A stretch of DNA of 64,000 nt, taken from positions 9,238,001-9,302,000 of the forward strand of contig OZ059900.1 of NCBI GenBank assembly GCA_964057225.1, in the 5' to 3' direction. A program made the translations under genes and the position numbers. The stretch is from Auanema rhodensis. Its lineage: Eukaryota > Animalia > Nematoda. The notes beneath the pieces are model-generated. The model was not told where the DNA came from and did not search any database. It saw only the letters and a list, made by a program, of their open reading frames with translations. Numbering within the stretch: the stretch's first letter is position 1; every line of letters begins with the position of its first letter. This document shows, piece after piece, positions 1 to 13,450 of this stretch.

Positions 1-645
1 ACTTTGTCTATTTCAGATTGTACTTTTCGGCCCGCCTTCCCATATCTTCATCTTTGGGATCGGAAAATACGATATACCTCAACTTACTTCAACGGAGTAT
101 AGACGATCTATATTGTGTTGATATTGTTAACTGTCTCTTTAATAAAGCATTCTACCACTGACTATCTGTTCTATTAATTCTCAGCGGAATACCGACAACC
201 GAATACCTTCGCCGAAGCGACAATCTTCTTGTATTGCCGACTATATTATAAATGCCTTGTTCAATGTTCGAAAATCGCGTATTTCATGCATAATTCGATG
301 AATATGAAATGTTGGTCAACGATTCAACATTCTTTTTGAATTTTTGATAGATGTCGCGGTTAGCGATTATTTCTTATGTTTTTCATATGTTTTGTCTCCT
401 TTAAGTTTTTGTTTTTTATCGTTTTCCTTTACTTTGTCTATTTCAGATTGTACTTTTCGGCCCGCCTTCCTACATCTTCATCTTTAGGATCGCAAACACA
501 ATATACTCAACCGAACCTAAACGGACTATACGATCTATATTTTGTTGAATTGTTAAACTGTTAATAAAACATTCATCCACTGACTATCTATTCTATTGAT
601 CCTCAGCAGAAATCCATAACACGAAATACCTTCGCCGAAGTGACG
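1..645. repeat. Diverged tandem duplication, period 430 bp (copy A about 1-220, copy B about 431-645)
   Basis: actttgtctatttcagattgtacttttcggcccgccttcc occurs at 1 and at 431; similarity continues through ccactgactatct and aataccttcgccgaag in both copies. The array may extend left of the window. Confidence 0.85.
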
Positions 646-914
646 ATAGAATACAATTTATTCTAACTATTTTTAATCTTAGAAAGCAAGTGTTAATATG
701 AATAAACTATTTATAAAACTTATAGAATTCAAAAAACAAACAACATCCAGGATATAAGCCTGTCAGTTGTACAATCTGTTAAACTTTCCGAACAAATCAA
801 CAAAACAAAACAAAATCACACTACTTACAACAACAAAGCAACAAACAGAAAGTAGTGCCCCAAGAATTAATAATCATATTGCTACATATCATCACTTTTT
901 GTACAATTTCACAT

Positions 915-2082
915 TCAGTCAAAACGTATTTCTACTGCTGCAATTCCTGCTTCTAAATCAGGGATTGGCACAAAAACCTGAAAAAAACAAAAAACTTTGA
1001 ACATTCACTGAAATTAAAATTTACACAGGATTGATTTCCACTCTTACGCGGTTCTGTTACCCTAGGTCGTGGTGAGATTACGACATTTTCTTTTCTCAAC
1101 TAAATATTCATGTTTTCGATATAATAAATAGAAACCACTTACCACTTTTCTTATGTATTTCAGTTGATCTGGAGTGTAGTGTATATTCCTTGTACGTATA
1201 TATGGCTTTAGCATGTTTGTAATATTCGGAGGATGAGTAAAAACGTTTGCATTCAACTGAAACAAACAAATAAAGAGAATTCTACTATAAGATTGTGTTA
1301 CATAATCCCTAATTTTATAGAACGAAGATGCACTGAGATCCTTAACCAAATGGATTCGCATAACCTTTTCGTTTATTTCAGCCTTAATTGAAAGTTGAAA
1401 AATACATATAGGAAAAAAAACACTGACATCCTTGAAATACATAGGAGGAACATTTGTAATCGATTTAGTAGAAAATACAATCTATAATCAAAGCATAGCT
1501 AATTAATTGAGCGAATATTTCTATTTCTCACAACATGCTCAATAATATTCAATACTTCGTTATTGGTGACGTTACTCTCAGGATCCTCGAGATATTTCTA
1601 GGAACACAAACTTTTTTTGTTCATTCATTAACATCACTAACCTTTTCACTACATCTGCTCAATAACATGTCGTGTTCTTGGTTGCAAGTGAAGATATTTA
1701 CATTCTGATCGTTGATAACTACATCTATCATTTTACCAACTCTATCCAGATCAGCAGTTTTCACATCCAAGCATTCATATATAGCATCCATTGAATTCAA
1801 AATTTCTTCACATATATTGTCAAGCTTATACATTGCATCATGTTCACCGATTAAGACGGGTGGCTCCACACGCTCCGTATGTTTGCAAACCATGGTATGA
1901 GTGAATTCTTTGAGGTAGAATGCAAAATCCTGCTTCAACCAAAAGTTGCGATATATCAATTTTTCAAATGTTTCTTCCATTTCCTCATATCTACATTTAA
2001 GCCTTATTTTTTCACATCTCATTTGGTCAAGTTCCGTCCACACATCTTGTTCTGTCATATCTGAACTGTCCATAAGACTCAT
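915..2082 (-). CDS. Uncharacterised protein with predicted N-terminal coiled coil, about 7 exons
   Basis: ATG at 2082 follows ttttttcag-G. The long exon 2082-1642 (MSLMDSSDMTEQDVWTELDQMRCEKIRLKCRYEEMEETFE...) is followed by in-frame exons KYLEDPESNV..., IVFSTKSITNVPPMYFKD, AEINEKVMRIHLV..., LNANVFTHPP..., LRKENVVISPRPR... and VFVPIPDLEAGIAAVEIRFD*, all joined by short GT-AG introns. No family recognised. Confidence 0.7.
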
Positions 2083-3023
2083 CCTGAAAAAAAACATAAA
2101 AGCAGTCTATAAAATAAACACTAGACATGATTTTAGAAACATAATATGAAAGATAAAAGTAGAAAAATATAAATACCTCCTATTATAATATCTCCTTATA
2201 GAAAAAAACAGGTCAGCTGAATGCAATCACCTACAATTGAAGAAATTAAAGAGAAAATTAAGAAAAAATCAATAATATATACCCAGAAATCGAATTTAAA
2301 TTAATAAAATAGAAGACAATAATCAATAAATTTTAATTTGGAAAAATATAAGATGTTCAGGTGATTTTGAAAATTATGTAAATTTAGCAATAGAGCACAC
2401 AGTAAGAAAGTAATTGTAATATGGCTACAGTAACTCTCAGCATAAGATATAAACTCACTTGATCAAACAGAATAATATACGGCGAACGTAATGAGCGTGT
2501 TAGATATGATTATATTTCATTTTAGGTTCATATAATCAAGCTGTTTTCCATCATGCATTTGAGCAGTTACACATTCATGACCGCTTCCCTACTACTGAAA
2601 ATCACCGCAATAATATTCCGGGTAATTGGGAAAAATTTTCAACCAGCAATAAACGCATCTCGAACAAGCCTCATTGATAACTTTATCGCCACTGTCCAAA
2701 ACTAATGTTTTGAAAAGCTAAGACAGTACGCAATGTGTAAGCTAGGACAGTACGCAATGTGCCGTACATGGAAAAGTTTTTTTTTGTTCACATACATTAA
2801 ATTTTTGAAAACATTTATCTTCTTTTTCTTTGTTTATTCAATAACTTTAGACATAAAATTTAGTACATTTCAATTCGTTATATAATAAAATTTAGCTATT
2901 TGACATGGTATATATTTAACATATGTTTTAGTTATTCCCAATTTGAAAATAAAAACAATTTCACAATGACACGTTATTCTGAGAAACGGGTTAAAATTAA
3001 TATTAAAATAGCATAACCAGTAT

Positions 3024-6000
3024 CTACACATGAGTACTCGTCCGACTAATAGGACGAGGTTCTGATATCAGATAATTGCCCATGCTAAACTTAGCAGAGC
3101 CTATTTCTGAAAGTGTTTCTAATCCTGGAGGCTTTTCTAAGTGCGGAACACCGTACATTTCTTAAAAAAGGTAACATGATAATTGAATTTTTTTTCATTT
3201 GTTGCAAACCTGCTGGAGTAGAAACTCTCGAAGCAAAAGAACCAGTATGCAGGTGATCAAATCGCTTATTTGTACCTAAATTGACAATTTTGAATAGTAG
3301 GTGGTGCAATATTTCGCATAACAATTTGTTTTTTGAAGAATTATATTTAACTCGTACCATAATCTGTGATTGATGCATTCAAATATTTTGGATATAATGA
3401 GTCCGAATGATGGTTAGCATAATCGGTATCAGGGTTATTCTGAGGAATGGGTATGTAATCCTAAATTATTATACAAAATTAGGATAGAAAATGAGGAAAG
3501 GATTTTGCTCACCATAGAAGCTAGATAATTTCCTTCGACCAATGGTGTATTGTATAGTTCGGGATAATATTGTGTACTATCAATTGTCTCGCATCGCACA
3601 GTTACATCTGGCTGTTCACTTTCATCTGAGTTGATATATTTATATTTGGTTTATTTGTCTGAATGTTGTACCAAAGAATTTTTTCCGCTTGTTTTGGACT
3701 GAACATCGTCGTTTACATGCTACACAGAAGCAAATTAAAAAGAGTAGCATACATCCAGCCACAAATACCATAATAATCTTGTCTATTCCGGAAACTAAAA
3801 AAAGTTTTTATAATAAGTTTATGCTCCATGAGCCTACTAATGATATCAAGAACATTTCTTCTGCGAAGAACAACGCCTTTACGATCAATTCCTAAACCAT
3901 TATTAGCAGAACAGTTGTAAATTCCATAATCAGTCTCTTGTAGCTTTGATATGGTCAGACGGCTTTCTAATCCAAATGGACGTGGAATTTGATGAACCTA
4001 AGTATATTAACATTTGTGTATATGAACGATGTTAATACCTGAATTCGGCCTCCAGAAAAACTAATTTCTTTCCCATCTCTTGACCATTTAACTTCAGCTG
4101 GTACAGGACGGCCAGATATCTTACATAATACTTCTACTGTTTCGTCTGTTTGGGTAAGTTTTTCACGAGGTAGACTAACAACAGGTGCTCCTAAAAGTAT
4201 CAGGCTTTTCAAAAAAGTAGAAAAAAAAAGTGACCTCTCAAATGAAGAGAATTTGATAATGATACTGATTTGAAACCTTCGACTGTAGCTGTGCATATAT
4301 ATTCTCCTTGCTGCCAAATCTTTACACGCTCAAATATTAATCTGAAAATGAGATAGTTTCATAGATCTGCTTGTGCTCATAAATAACATACATATCACCA
4401 TGTCCAATAATCTCATCACTACCAGCTTTAGTCCATTGTATGCGAGGTGCAGGATTTCCAATTGCTTCACATCGAAATGATACCGTTTCGCCTTCATTCA
4501 CTTCTTTAACTTGTGTTGTTGTCATTATTCGAGGTGCAACTAAAGCATATGATTCATTCGTCTAAATTTTGAAAAAAGTAAATTTCATACATGATACATT
4601 AAGACGAAGTGGACTCCTCATTGTACCAATAGCATTGGATGCTTGACACATGTATTCAGCATTGTGATCTTCCATTCGTAGTGTTTCAATAACTAGCGTC
4701 TAAACTTGTTAATTTTTATGAAAAATTCATACTTATTATAACATACATCTGTGCTAATATCAATTGGCTGGTCGTTATTTCGGAACCAGCTAATTTTTAA
4801 ATCTTCTAATGGCTTTGCATCGACATTGCATGCCAAAAGAGCAGCTCCACCTTCTTTGAGTGGGTGAGTTGATGCAATTGTAAGATTTACTTGTGGCATA
4901 TATTCTAATGAAAGTTTAATAGAATCTGCTTCCATCTAAAGAGAAAATAATACTTGATTCAGAATTTCAGGAATATATCTCACCTTTCGTACATAGGTTT
5001 CATGATGACTGAGACAAATTAGATAACGTTGATCATCATCAGGGCGTGGGATAAAACTAAAAGATGAAATAACGGTTATTGAATGTATTAAAAACTCAAA
5101 CGCTATACCTAATGTTACTCATAACGCTATAAGTTGTTCCATCTTTTTGGGTATCTTCTACTATTTCTGCATCCAATGAAACTTGAGATAACCCCAAATT
5201 TGCTGAAACAATTTTGTAAAAAAATTAAAAGTTTTTCGAAAGTACTGAATAAATATCCAAATTTTGATCGTGTTTCACCAAGCCAAGCAACAATATTTTT
5301 GCCTTGAGGGTCAGATGCTATTGCCCATCCAAGCTTTGCTGGAGGTATACCTGAACAACTTCTAATTTGTACACATATATTTAATTTGTTATATACCTCT
5401 GCGAGCTATGCATGATCGCGTGACTGTTTCCCCGGCAATAGCTGTTAAAACATTGCCAATTTTTTGATTTCCCGTTTTTTGAATAGATGGAGCTATAGGT
5501 CGCACTAAATATTTGTAGTGTAATTAAAATATTTTTTCCTCAACAAGTATTACTTAAAACTGATAATTTGGCTGGCCGCGAAACAACAGCTGGCTCATTG
5601 ACAGCTTCAGATATCTGGCACGCATATACGTCATCATCTGCGACAGAAGCATTTACAATCTAAAAAAATTGAAGAAGTGCATGTTAACTATTCAAGATTC
5701 AAAATTCAATTCAATCATATACGCGGAAGAAAATGCTCTATACCTGCAAATTGAATTCTCCTTGTTCCTCATTGCCGATGATTGAATAACGGGAAAAGAA
5801 CTTCAATTCACGATCTGTTCCAAGACCAAAACCGTTTTTCATCCATTGAACAACACCTTTCTTGAAAAAAAAACAAGATAAGACTTCAATGTAATGAGAG
5901 ATAGGTGTATCCTTTTACCTGATATTCAACTCGACATTTTAGAACAGCAGTTCGTCCAATGACTACATAGGTGTCCTGTGGACCGTCAGCTATATTTTGG

Positions 6001-6050
6001 TCAGTCCATATAAGAGTTAACAGGTGTAGTATTAGATATAATACTATCAT
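3024..6050 (-). CDS. syg-1: SYG-1 / KIRREL (Neph1/IrreC) Ig-superfamily adhesion protein, multi-exon
   Basis: Signal peptide MIVLYLILHLLTLIW; Ig1 GPQDTYVVIGRTAVLKCRV...VQWMKNGFGLGTDRELKFFSRYSI; further Ig domains (LACNVDAKP, FRCEAIGNPAPRIQW, LCKISGRPVPAEVKWSRDG); TM segment at about 3730-3785; C-terminus RPISRTSTHV* (PDZ ligand), as recalled for SYG-1. Confidence 0.93.
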
Positions 6051-9000
6051 AACTCTAAAACTAAAAAAAACAACATGTTTGAATATTCAAAGTAAAAGTA
6101 AAAGTAAGTAAAAGTTCCAGGCATTCATAAGTAAGTTTTGAGAATGCACTATGGCAGAGCTTCAGTATTATAGTCGGTAAATCAGCTCATTCAAGCCACA
6201 TGTGCCAGAAGCATCAGATAAAAATAATTTTCTTTGAAAACAAAAGAAAAGTTATGGCTTTTTCATTACAAATAATAAATTTTCGTACGGATATAAAAAT
6301 GAAAACTCAGAAATTCTTTTAAACTTCGAACTTTGTGGTTTTATGAAGCAGAGAATCATCAAATGTCAATTAGAACATAACAAACAAGATCTGTTATTGG
6401 AAACAAATAATAGAGAAAATTCAAATGTTTTCTTTTTAAAAGAAAGAAATTAAATAAAATGAATTAAATAAAATAACTTGCATGAAGACGGCAACTCATA
6501 AGGTTTAGATAATCCGCTTCATTGCAAGCAGTAGGATTAGCTACCTAATATGCTTAGTCAACATGTGTGTACGGCTAAGAACAAGAGAAAGAAGAAATAG
6601 AATTTAGGTGACAAGAGATTATGCGAAAGCAGATGTAGATGCTAGATTGAGTCATTCAAGCATTCTTTTCTAATGCATGGTTCACAAATATGATTAAGAC
6701 TTAATATACATTAAAATATTCAATGATGATGAAGTAAGATATGGCTTAGATCATGTACAAACTATACATATATCTCTAATTATATATTATATTACTTATA
6801 TATTATATGATATAGTTAAAGATGATCAAACATTTACATATAAAAATAAGAAATATTGGAATATAGTTTGTAGAAAAAAGCAATTTTTTTCATCCAATTC
6901 ATACGAAAGATGAAGATCCTATTTCCAAAAGATAAATTGAAGGAGCTGACAAGTGGATGCGTTTCAATGTATAGACAGCATGTTTGATAGATAAAGCCGT
7001 TGGGAATAGTGCATTTGGTAGTTTTCTCGCAATATTTTTATCTTCGTCCAGCTTCTAACCCCAAGCAACTCTTTAGCGGGGCATGTTCTACAATGTGCTG
7101 TTTGTCTCGTCCATCTGGCATGCACTCTAGCATGTCCAGTTGGATACAAGTCATGTCACTGTGCTCTCTATTGTTTATATAGTCTCTAGTTAACATCTTG
7201 ATGTCCACTAAGTGGGACATTATCCATTCTTTCTTAGTCTGAACTATGTTCATCATTATTCAGATGATTATCTATGACAATTAGCACTTTCTATAACAAT
7301 ATCAAGATAGACGATTTAGTCAATTCCAACAAATATACATAATTAGCAGCTTAAAGCGCTTTAAGTGATGGATTTCAAATAGTGGTATAGATACTTTATG
7401 GCATTTTCTTAAAGCTTGATGCATAAAGTACTGGCAGAAAGATTTGTCAAAGATGGAGAACAAACTTAAACTGGAAGTCTTTAAGAAAAGGTGAAAATCA
7501 GAAATGAAATGTTGTAAACAATTCGAATAATGTAATTATCACAGATATTTGCAAAAAAATGATTAAAGATTTGCACATATAGCTGATTTTGAGGTGAAAA
7601 TTCAACAAAAACGTTTTGATGGTTGTAATAATTGTGAGAGAACTTATGAGAAAGACGTTTTTATTCTCCACGTATTCTTCAGCGCCTTAAAACAATTGAT
7701 GGCATCGAAATGTTCCGAAATGTCACAATAAGATGTGCTCAACATCTCGAGATGGTTGAATACATAACAGGAAGACGAAAAGAAAATGTAATGAAAATGA
7801 TTTCGAAAATTTATAAAAAAAGAGTTGGATAATCAAAGTCGAGATAATATAAATTGAGTAAGCAAAGAGTACAATGACATTTTACTAGCATTTTTTCATT
7901 TCTCTCAATTTTACTGCTCAATTTAGATCAACGATTGATAGCATTTCATTTGTTTAAACGTAAAAATAGAATGATTTGATAGAATATGGTTTCTGAACGG
8001 AAATGGGATAAAATGTGAAATTCTGATGCATATACATGCGGTATATGTAAACAGAAGACTAATAGTTGCCGATAGGGTTATGTATAACAATGCTATAGAG
8101 TTGAAGCTGTCGAAATAAGCGGGAAGAAGATACATAATATATCTATTACGGAACTTTATGCTTAGCTTATTTGAGCTTGTTTTTCTAGCCAAAAACATTC
8201 GATAGGAATATTCGAAGTGAAAACATAAAATTCATGTAGGAATAAGTGGGTAAGTTCTGGACTTTGAGTCCATTTGTACACATATATGTATATACAATTT
8301 AGCGTTTATATCTATATAGTTAAGAGAACTTCATTCAAACTTTGAGTAGCAACTGAAAATAAAAGTAGTCTGAACCATAACCTAATAAACGACAACTTTA
8401 AAATGTCCTCCTGACATTTTCTGAGTGATGCATCCGGCATACGTGAACGTAGATGCATTGGTTCCATAAAATTTGCATATCTACATAGTTTACTTGAATA
8501 GCAATAAAGAACAGCAAAACATATTCGAATTTGCTGCTGCGTTCTGCATCACACATGGTCAGTTGCTATGTGTAATATTCACAACATGTAAATGGGGAAA
8601 AGAGAAAAGAAAAGAATAAAGTAGGCAAACATGAAATGTGATTCGAGTACAATGTGTGAAAAACTGAAAAAACGAAAAGCAGTCAATCATGACTCTCCAA
8701 GTAATCAGATTGAAAACAGTTTGTTGGCAGAAAAAAGGTTAAGACAGCTGGATAATAATATAAATAGGTGGTTGAGTGCACATGAATGAAAACTGAGTGC
8801 AGAAAAGTTAGTTAGCAACACCATGAAGTTGCTTAGAGAAGTTTCTAAATCTCTCATATCCGCTTTTTGCTTGTAATGTCTCAATCTCTTCAAGAGCTAA
8901 GCGATGCTGGCGTCTAAATGTCCTCCGGGGACTAGTTGCCCAGTCGACCCGTCATGTAAAGTAAACGGGCTACTCCTGACCGGCATCCATCCTGAAGACA

Positions 9001-11529
9001 TGTGAGAAGAAACATTGAACGATGCTATTATAGTTAAAACTTCTGGGACAGATATTCAAATTGGAGCAGATTTCGTAGAATATTTTAACTATATGTCAAG
9101 TCGGAACAACGCAAAAAAGTGGCAGTGTTGTCAGATATAAACTTCGATAAAAATAGGATGCAAAACTATGAAGAACAGCAATATAATGATTTAGTTAGAA
9201 TGCAAAATATTGACTAATATTAGAACTTTGTTGCCAGTAATGCAACAAGAGGGTTGTGTTGTTAGAGTTGTCAACCTAGTGATTCCTTCTTTCTATCTTT
9301 GCTCTCTCACTCTCTTTTCAGCTCTTCTACATTGCTTTGATTTTTCTCTTACTTTGCATGAAATTTCCTACTATGTGATCCCTATTTCATCGACTAACGG
9401 GACTTAAATCAAATTTCGTCGACAATATGAGCGCCCAAGCAGACTTGTTGCCAATCGAGACAACTGGATACGGATTCAATGTAATTTTTCTTTCTTGTCA
9501 AAATAATAAAAAATAAACTATATCAATAAATAAATATAACAAATATACATATATATATATAGAGTATTATATTTGAAAAAGAAATATGCTTTATCTATTA
9601 TTTTAGTGAAAAGACTACAACTTTTAAATTGTATTTAAACTAAAGTTGAAATTAAATGAAAGATTATCTTTTAAATAAATTTAGATATATATGAATATTA
9701 TGACAAACAGATATTGTTGCAGATAGCTGCAACTTATCTCACTTCCGTATATACTATAATGTCCGAAAAAAATGGCTGTAAGAATTGAGAAGACGTGGAC
9801 GAAAAACAATGTTGAATAGCTTATTAGATCACTGAAAAACCTTATTCACAGCAGAGCATATTGAGAAAAAAAGGAAAAGAAAAAGATGAAAAGATTTGAG
9901 CCTTGATATGCATCTGTCAATCATATTTCATAAATATTCCCGAAGCTATAGGTTACGATTTTCTATGGTTTTTGATTATTTTTTTTTTCGTAAAAGAAGA
10001 TGAAAAAGGATATAATCTACGTGAGATGTACAGCTAACTTATAGTAATTCTGGAGTAAAAACACATTTAGAAAAGATTTGAAAATAAAAATTCTTAATAA
10101 ATAAATAAAAATTATTATTGATATCTGTTGAAAGAAGTGAAAGTTGTGGCACGTATGATAGCAGGTCACTAACATAGTTGGATATAAGTTACAACAAGAG
10201 AAGATATAGTAGCACAGAGGTCACGTAGATGTTCGCACATCTACCAAGAATTTCAAGTAAACAAATGTAAAATATTAAATGTTAAATGGTAAAAACTGTT
10301 TTTCTTTCAAGAAAAACTAAATTTTCAGATAGATGTAGTAACATCTTGCAACATTGCATTTGTAAACTGATACATAAAATGGCTGGTAAATGCTGAATAA
10401 ATTGGGGTTATGGAAGAAAAACGCTGCTCAGATCTCGAAAAGAAGATAGACGAGGTTGGAAGCAGGTGTAACAGCTGACATAGTTGTAATTATTGCATTG
10501 AAAGGGAAACAGGATGAGCAGAGGCCATATCGAACAGCTCATCTATCTCTTTATTCCCCTCGAAAAACTAAAATTATAAATAAAAGAAAGGTGATTGGAA
10601 TAAAATGACAGGAGAAATCTGAGCGTTTTTGGAATCTCAATATGAGAAAAAAATTAGTCATCGAAATAATGTAGTCAATTCGTGACTATAAAGTAAATTC
10701 AGACCACAATTCACGATATTAAAACTCATAATTAAATATAAAATTGGCGCGAATTTGAAAGGAATTGAATCATTGGATATGAACTTCGAATAGCGTGCTA
10801 CTGTAAGTGACACTTATACGCAGAAGGCATTTTTCCGAATGATTATTCCCAATTGTTCGAAATAGCAGATGTACTTAATGAGCCAAGCAACTGACTAAAT
10901 TTATCTGATGAGCATCATGAGAAAAGTATTGCCTTTGACTATTTATCTTATTGTGCAGTCTTTTTGTCATTAATTCTGCGAGCAATTGACGAAAAACTCT
11001 TCGTTCTTCTCTATTCTTTTTCATTTTACTAGAAAAGTTGAGAAATTTCAAAATTCGATTAACAAAAACAGAAAAGTCATATATTATTTTCGAACGAATT
11101 TAAGTCATTTATTGCTATCCACACACTAAATTTTTTAAAACAACAACTTCACTAAGCTACAAACTTCTCTTTCACACATTTAAAACAGAATAATATTATT
11201 TCAATAGCGTGAAGAAACAAAAAATAGAATAAGAATTTGTTAATTCAACATCAATATAATTCCAGCTGTTCCCATTCTTTGCATAAACTAAATTCATTAT
11301 TTCTTATTCTCTCTATCTCTGCAAAAATCTTGTACTATTTGTAAATGGGGATCTGTTTGTAAATTAACCTTTGGAAGGCCATAACCTTGGCTGGCTTGCG
11401 CTTTTGCGTTTAGAGATGATGAGCATAAATCCAATGAATTAGCTTACAACAAGCCATCTCTTTGCTCCTCATTGTATTCTCGCTTAATAGTACAAAATGA
11501 GTCAGATGATGAGTTTTAGATTAAGATGT

Positions 11530-11720
11530 CTCTCGCATTAACGTCATATTTAACTTTTCTTTCTCTAAGTCTTCTCTTTGTGTAAGCACTATTTCGCCTT
11601 GGATTGAACTTGTCACCGGATTATCTTCTTTCTCTCTTCTTTGGCTACCCGCCACAACCCATTTTCTTTTGACTTCTGCTAGAGGGAGGCTCTTTGCAGT
11701 TATCCCTTTGCCATTCGTCT
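11530..11720 (-). mobile_element. Decayed RTE-like non-LTR retrotransposon 3' relic
   Basis: The translation EVKRKWVVAGSQRREKEDNPVT resembles the RTE C-terminal motif KWxWAGHxxRxxDxRWT. Heavily degraded. Confidence 0.3.
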
Positions 11721-12302
11721 TCCTAATGTTGCTCAACTTAGGACAACTGCAACTACTTTCTTTTTATTTCTCTCATTTCTTTCCTTACTCAACTACCCTA
11801 TAATAGTGGGTGGCCGCCAATGGTTTCTGCAATAGAGTAATGGCTATTTATGCTTTTTCCCTTATTTTTCAGTTCACACACAAGCTTTAGGAAATTGAAT
11901 CCAAGTTACCTGTAGCTAATATGGAAATAGCTATGCACCCACAAGTAATAATATTTAAAATTTTTATATTGGAATAGTATATTAAACCTATTTATCGGAA
12001 AATAATTAGAAATTTTCTGAAATTTTAAATTTTTACGTGAGGTTTTATAAGTTATGAGAGAAATATATAGAAATCAAAAATCTGTTACATTATCAAATTC
12101 CTACAAATCCAAAATTCACCGATAAAAGCAAGAAATTTCTTAATAACTCAAAATATATTCAGCAAACTATCAGATGCTTGAATTTCAACAACTGTTTTAG
12201 CAAAAGGCGTCTGTTGGCGCCAAACTGTTTTCTTATTATAGATCAGAAATTGCGCACCAGACGCACTCTTACATCATATATAGACATAGTAAAAATACTC
12301 AC

Positions 12303-12321
12303 CTGTTAACGGTATAATCGT
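12303..12321 (-). other. Candidate 19-nt non-coding 5' exon, possibly of syg-1
   Basis: The minus strand reads tttcag|ACGATTATACCGTTAACAG|gtgagt, with a strong acceptor and donor and no ATG. The syg-1 ATG is itself preceded by a ttttag acceptor. Confidence 0.35.
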
Positions 12322-13450
12322 CTGAAACGAACAGCTGGACAAACCGAGAAAACACAATAAGTAGTCTGCTGAATGATAAGAATAAAGGATATTGTCCTCA
12401 ATTTGAAAAACATGTAAACAAAAGTGTAAATATATGAAATAAATTTGACGATACATAACAAAAATGAATCAGAAATATGAATATGTGGAAGAAAATATTT
12501 TGTTCTTCCATTTCAAAAAATATGTATTATAGAGCTCTGCAAGGTACTACATGAAAGAAAGGAAGCGAAGTTTTTTTTTAGCTGAACGAAAAATTTTAAA
12601 TGTGCTCTTAAACATGGAGCGCGAAACATGGATTAAACAGAATTACTTTATGTAAAGAAATGGGCGGCCTGAGAAACTAACGTATTATGATATTTTAGCT
12701 TTTAGTGCTTTTTGATAAAATAAGAACAATAGAAAAATTGAGATATTTCTTAATAATTGAAAAAATTAAATAAACGGGAAAATTTATCTCAGATAATCAA
12801 TTTAACATGCTAAAATTCAAACAATTAATAGTTAAATTGAATATATATAATAATCTGCATATATAATTAATTTATGCTTAATGTATGAAACTTTAACATT
12901 TATATACATACGTTTATTCTAAATATTATGTATTATGTATTTAATATATGAAATCAGCTGACTGCCAGGTAGTACCAGTTACTTTATTTTTCAATCCAAT
13001 ATGAATAATCTAATTAACCATATCATTTTATCTAAAATATATCCTATATTTATTGCAATATCTGTTCAGTTGTGAATAAAAAAAACAAGACAAGAGGTTG
13101 TGATAATATTTTTACTGAAATCAATGAGCTAATAGACAATCTATAACTTGAAATACAATTTTTCATGACCAAGAATTCTCTCAATGACAGCTTTTCGACA
13201 AATGTTTTGCATTTTAATAACATTGATCGGTGGAAAAATTTATTTAAAAAAATGAAGAAGGAGGATTTGCTTTTGAAAAGAAAAAAATATTAAATACAAA
13301 TATCTAAAAATGAAGATACTGGACAATTAGAATGGGTTGGTTATATTTAATTTTTTTGTTATTATTTCGCAATTATTTTTTTTCAAAAAATTTTTTTTGG
13401 TATTTTTTTCGTTAGAAAATAACGCTAAATCCGGAAAAGCATGATGCTGA

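Noticed and set aside
2714-2762. 24-bp tandem duplication aagcta(a/g)gacagtacgcaatgtg
   Set aside because: Two adjacent copies with no spacer: a simple slippage duplication, not a CRISPR-like array.
6900-7800. Possible decayed retroelement region (similar to 50570-50960 and 51680-52100)
   Set aside because: The composition is suggestive, but no motif was clear enough to support a call.
8910-9015. GC-rich stretch with CTGAAGA...GAAA, a possible hammerhead or HDV ribozyme
   Set aside because: No stem II or closing stems could be formed. The same applies to CTGATGA at about 10905.
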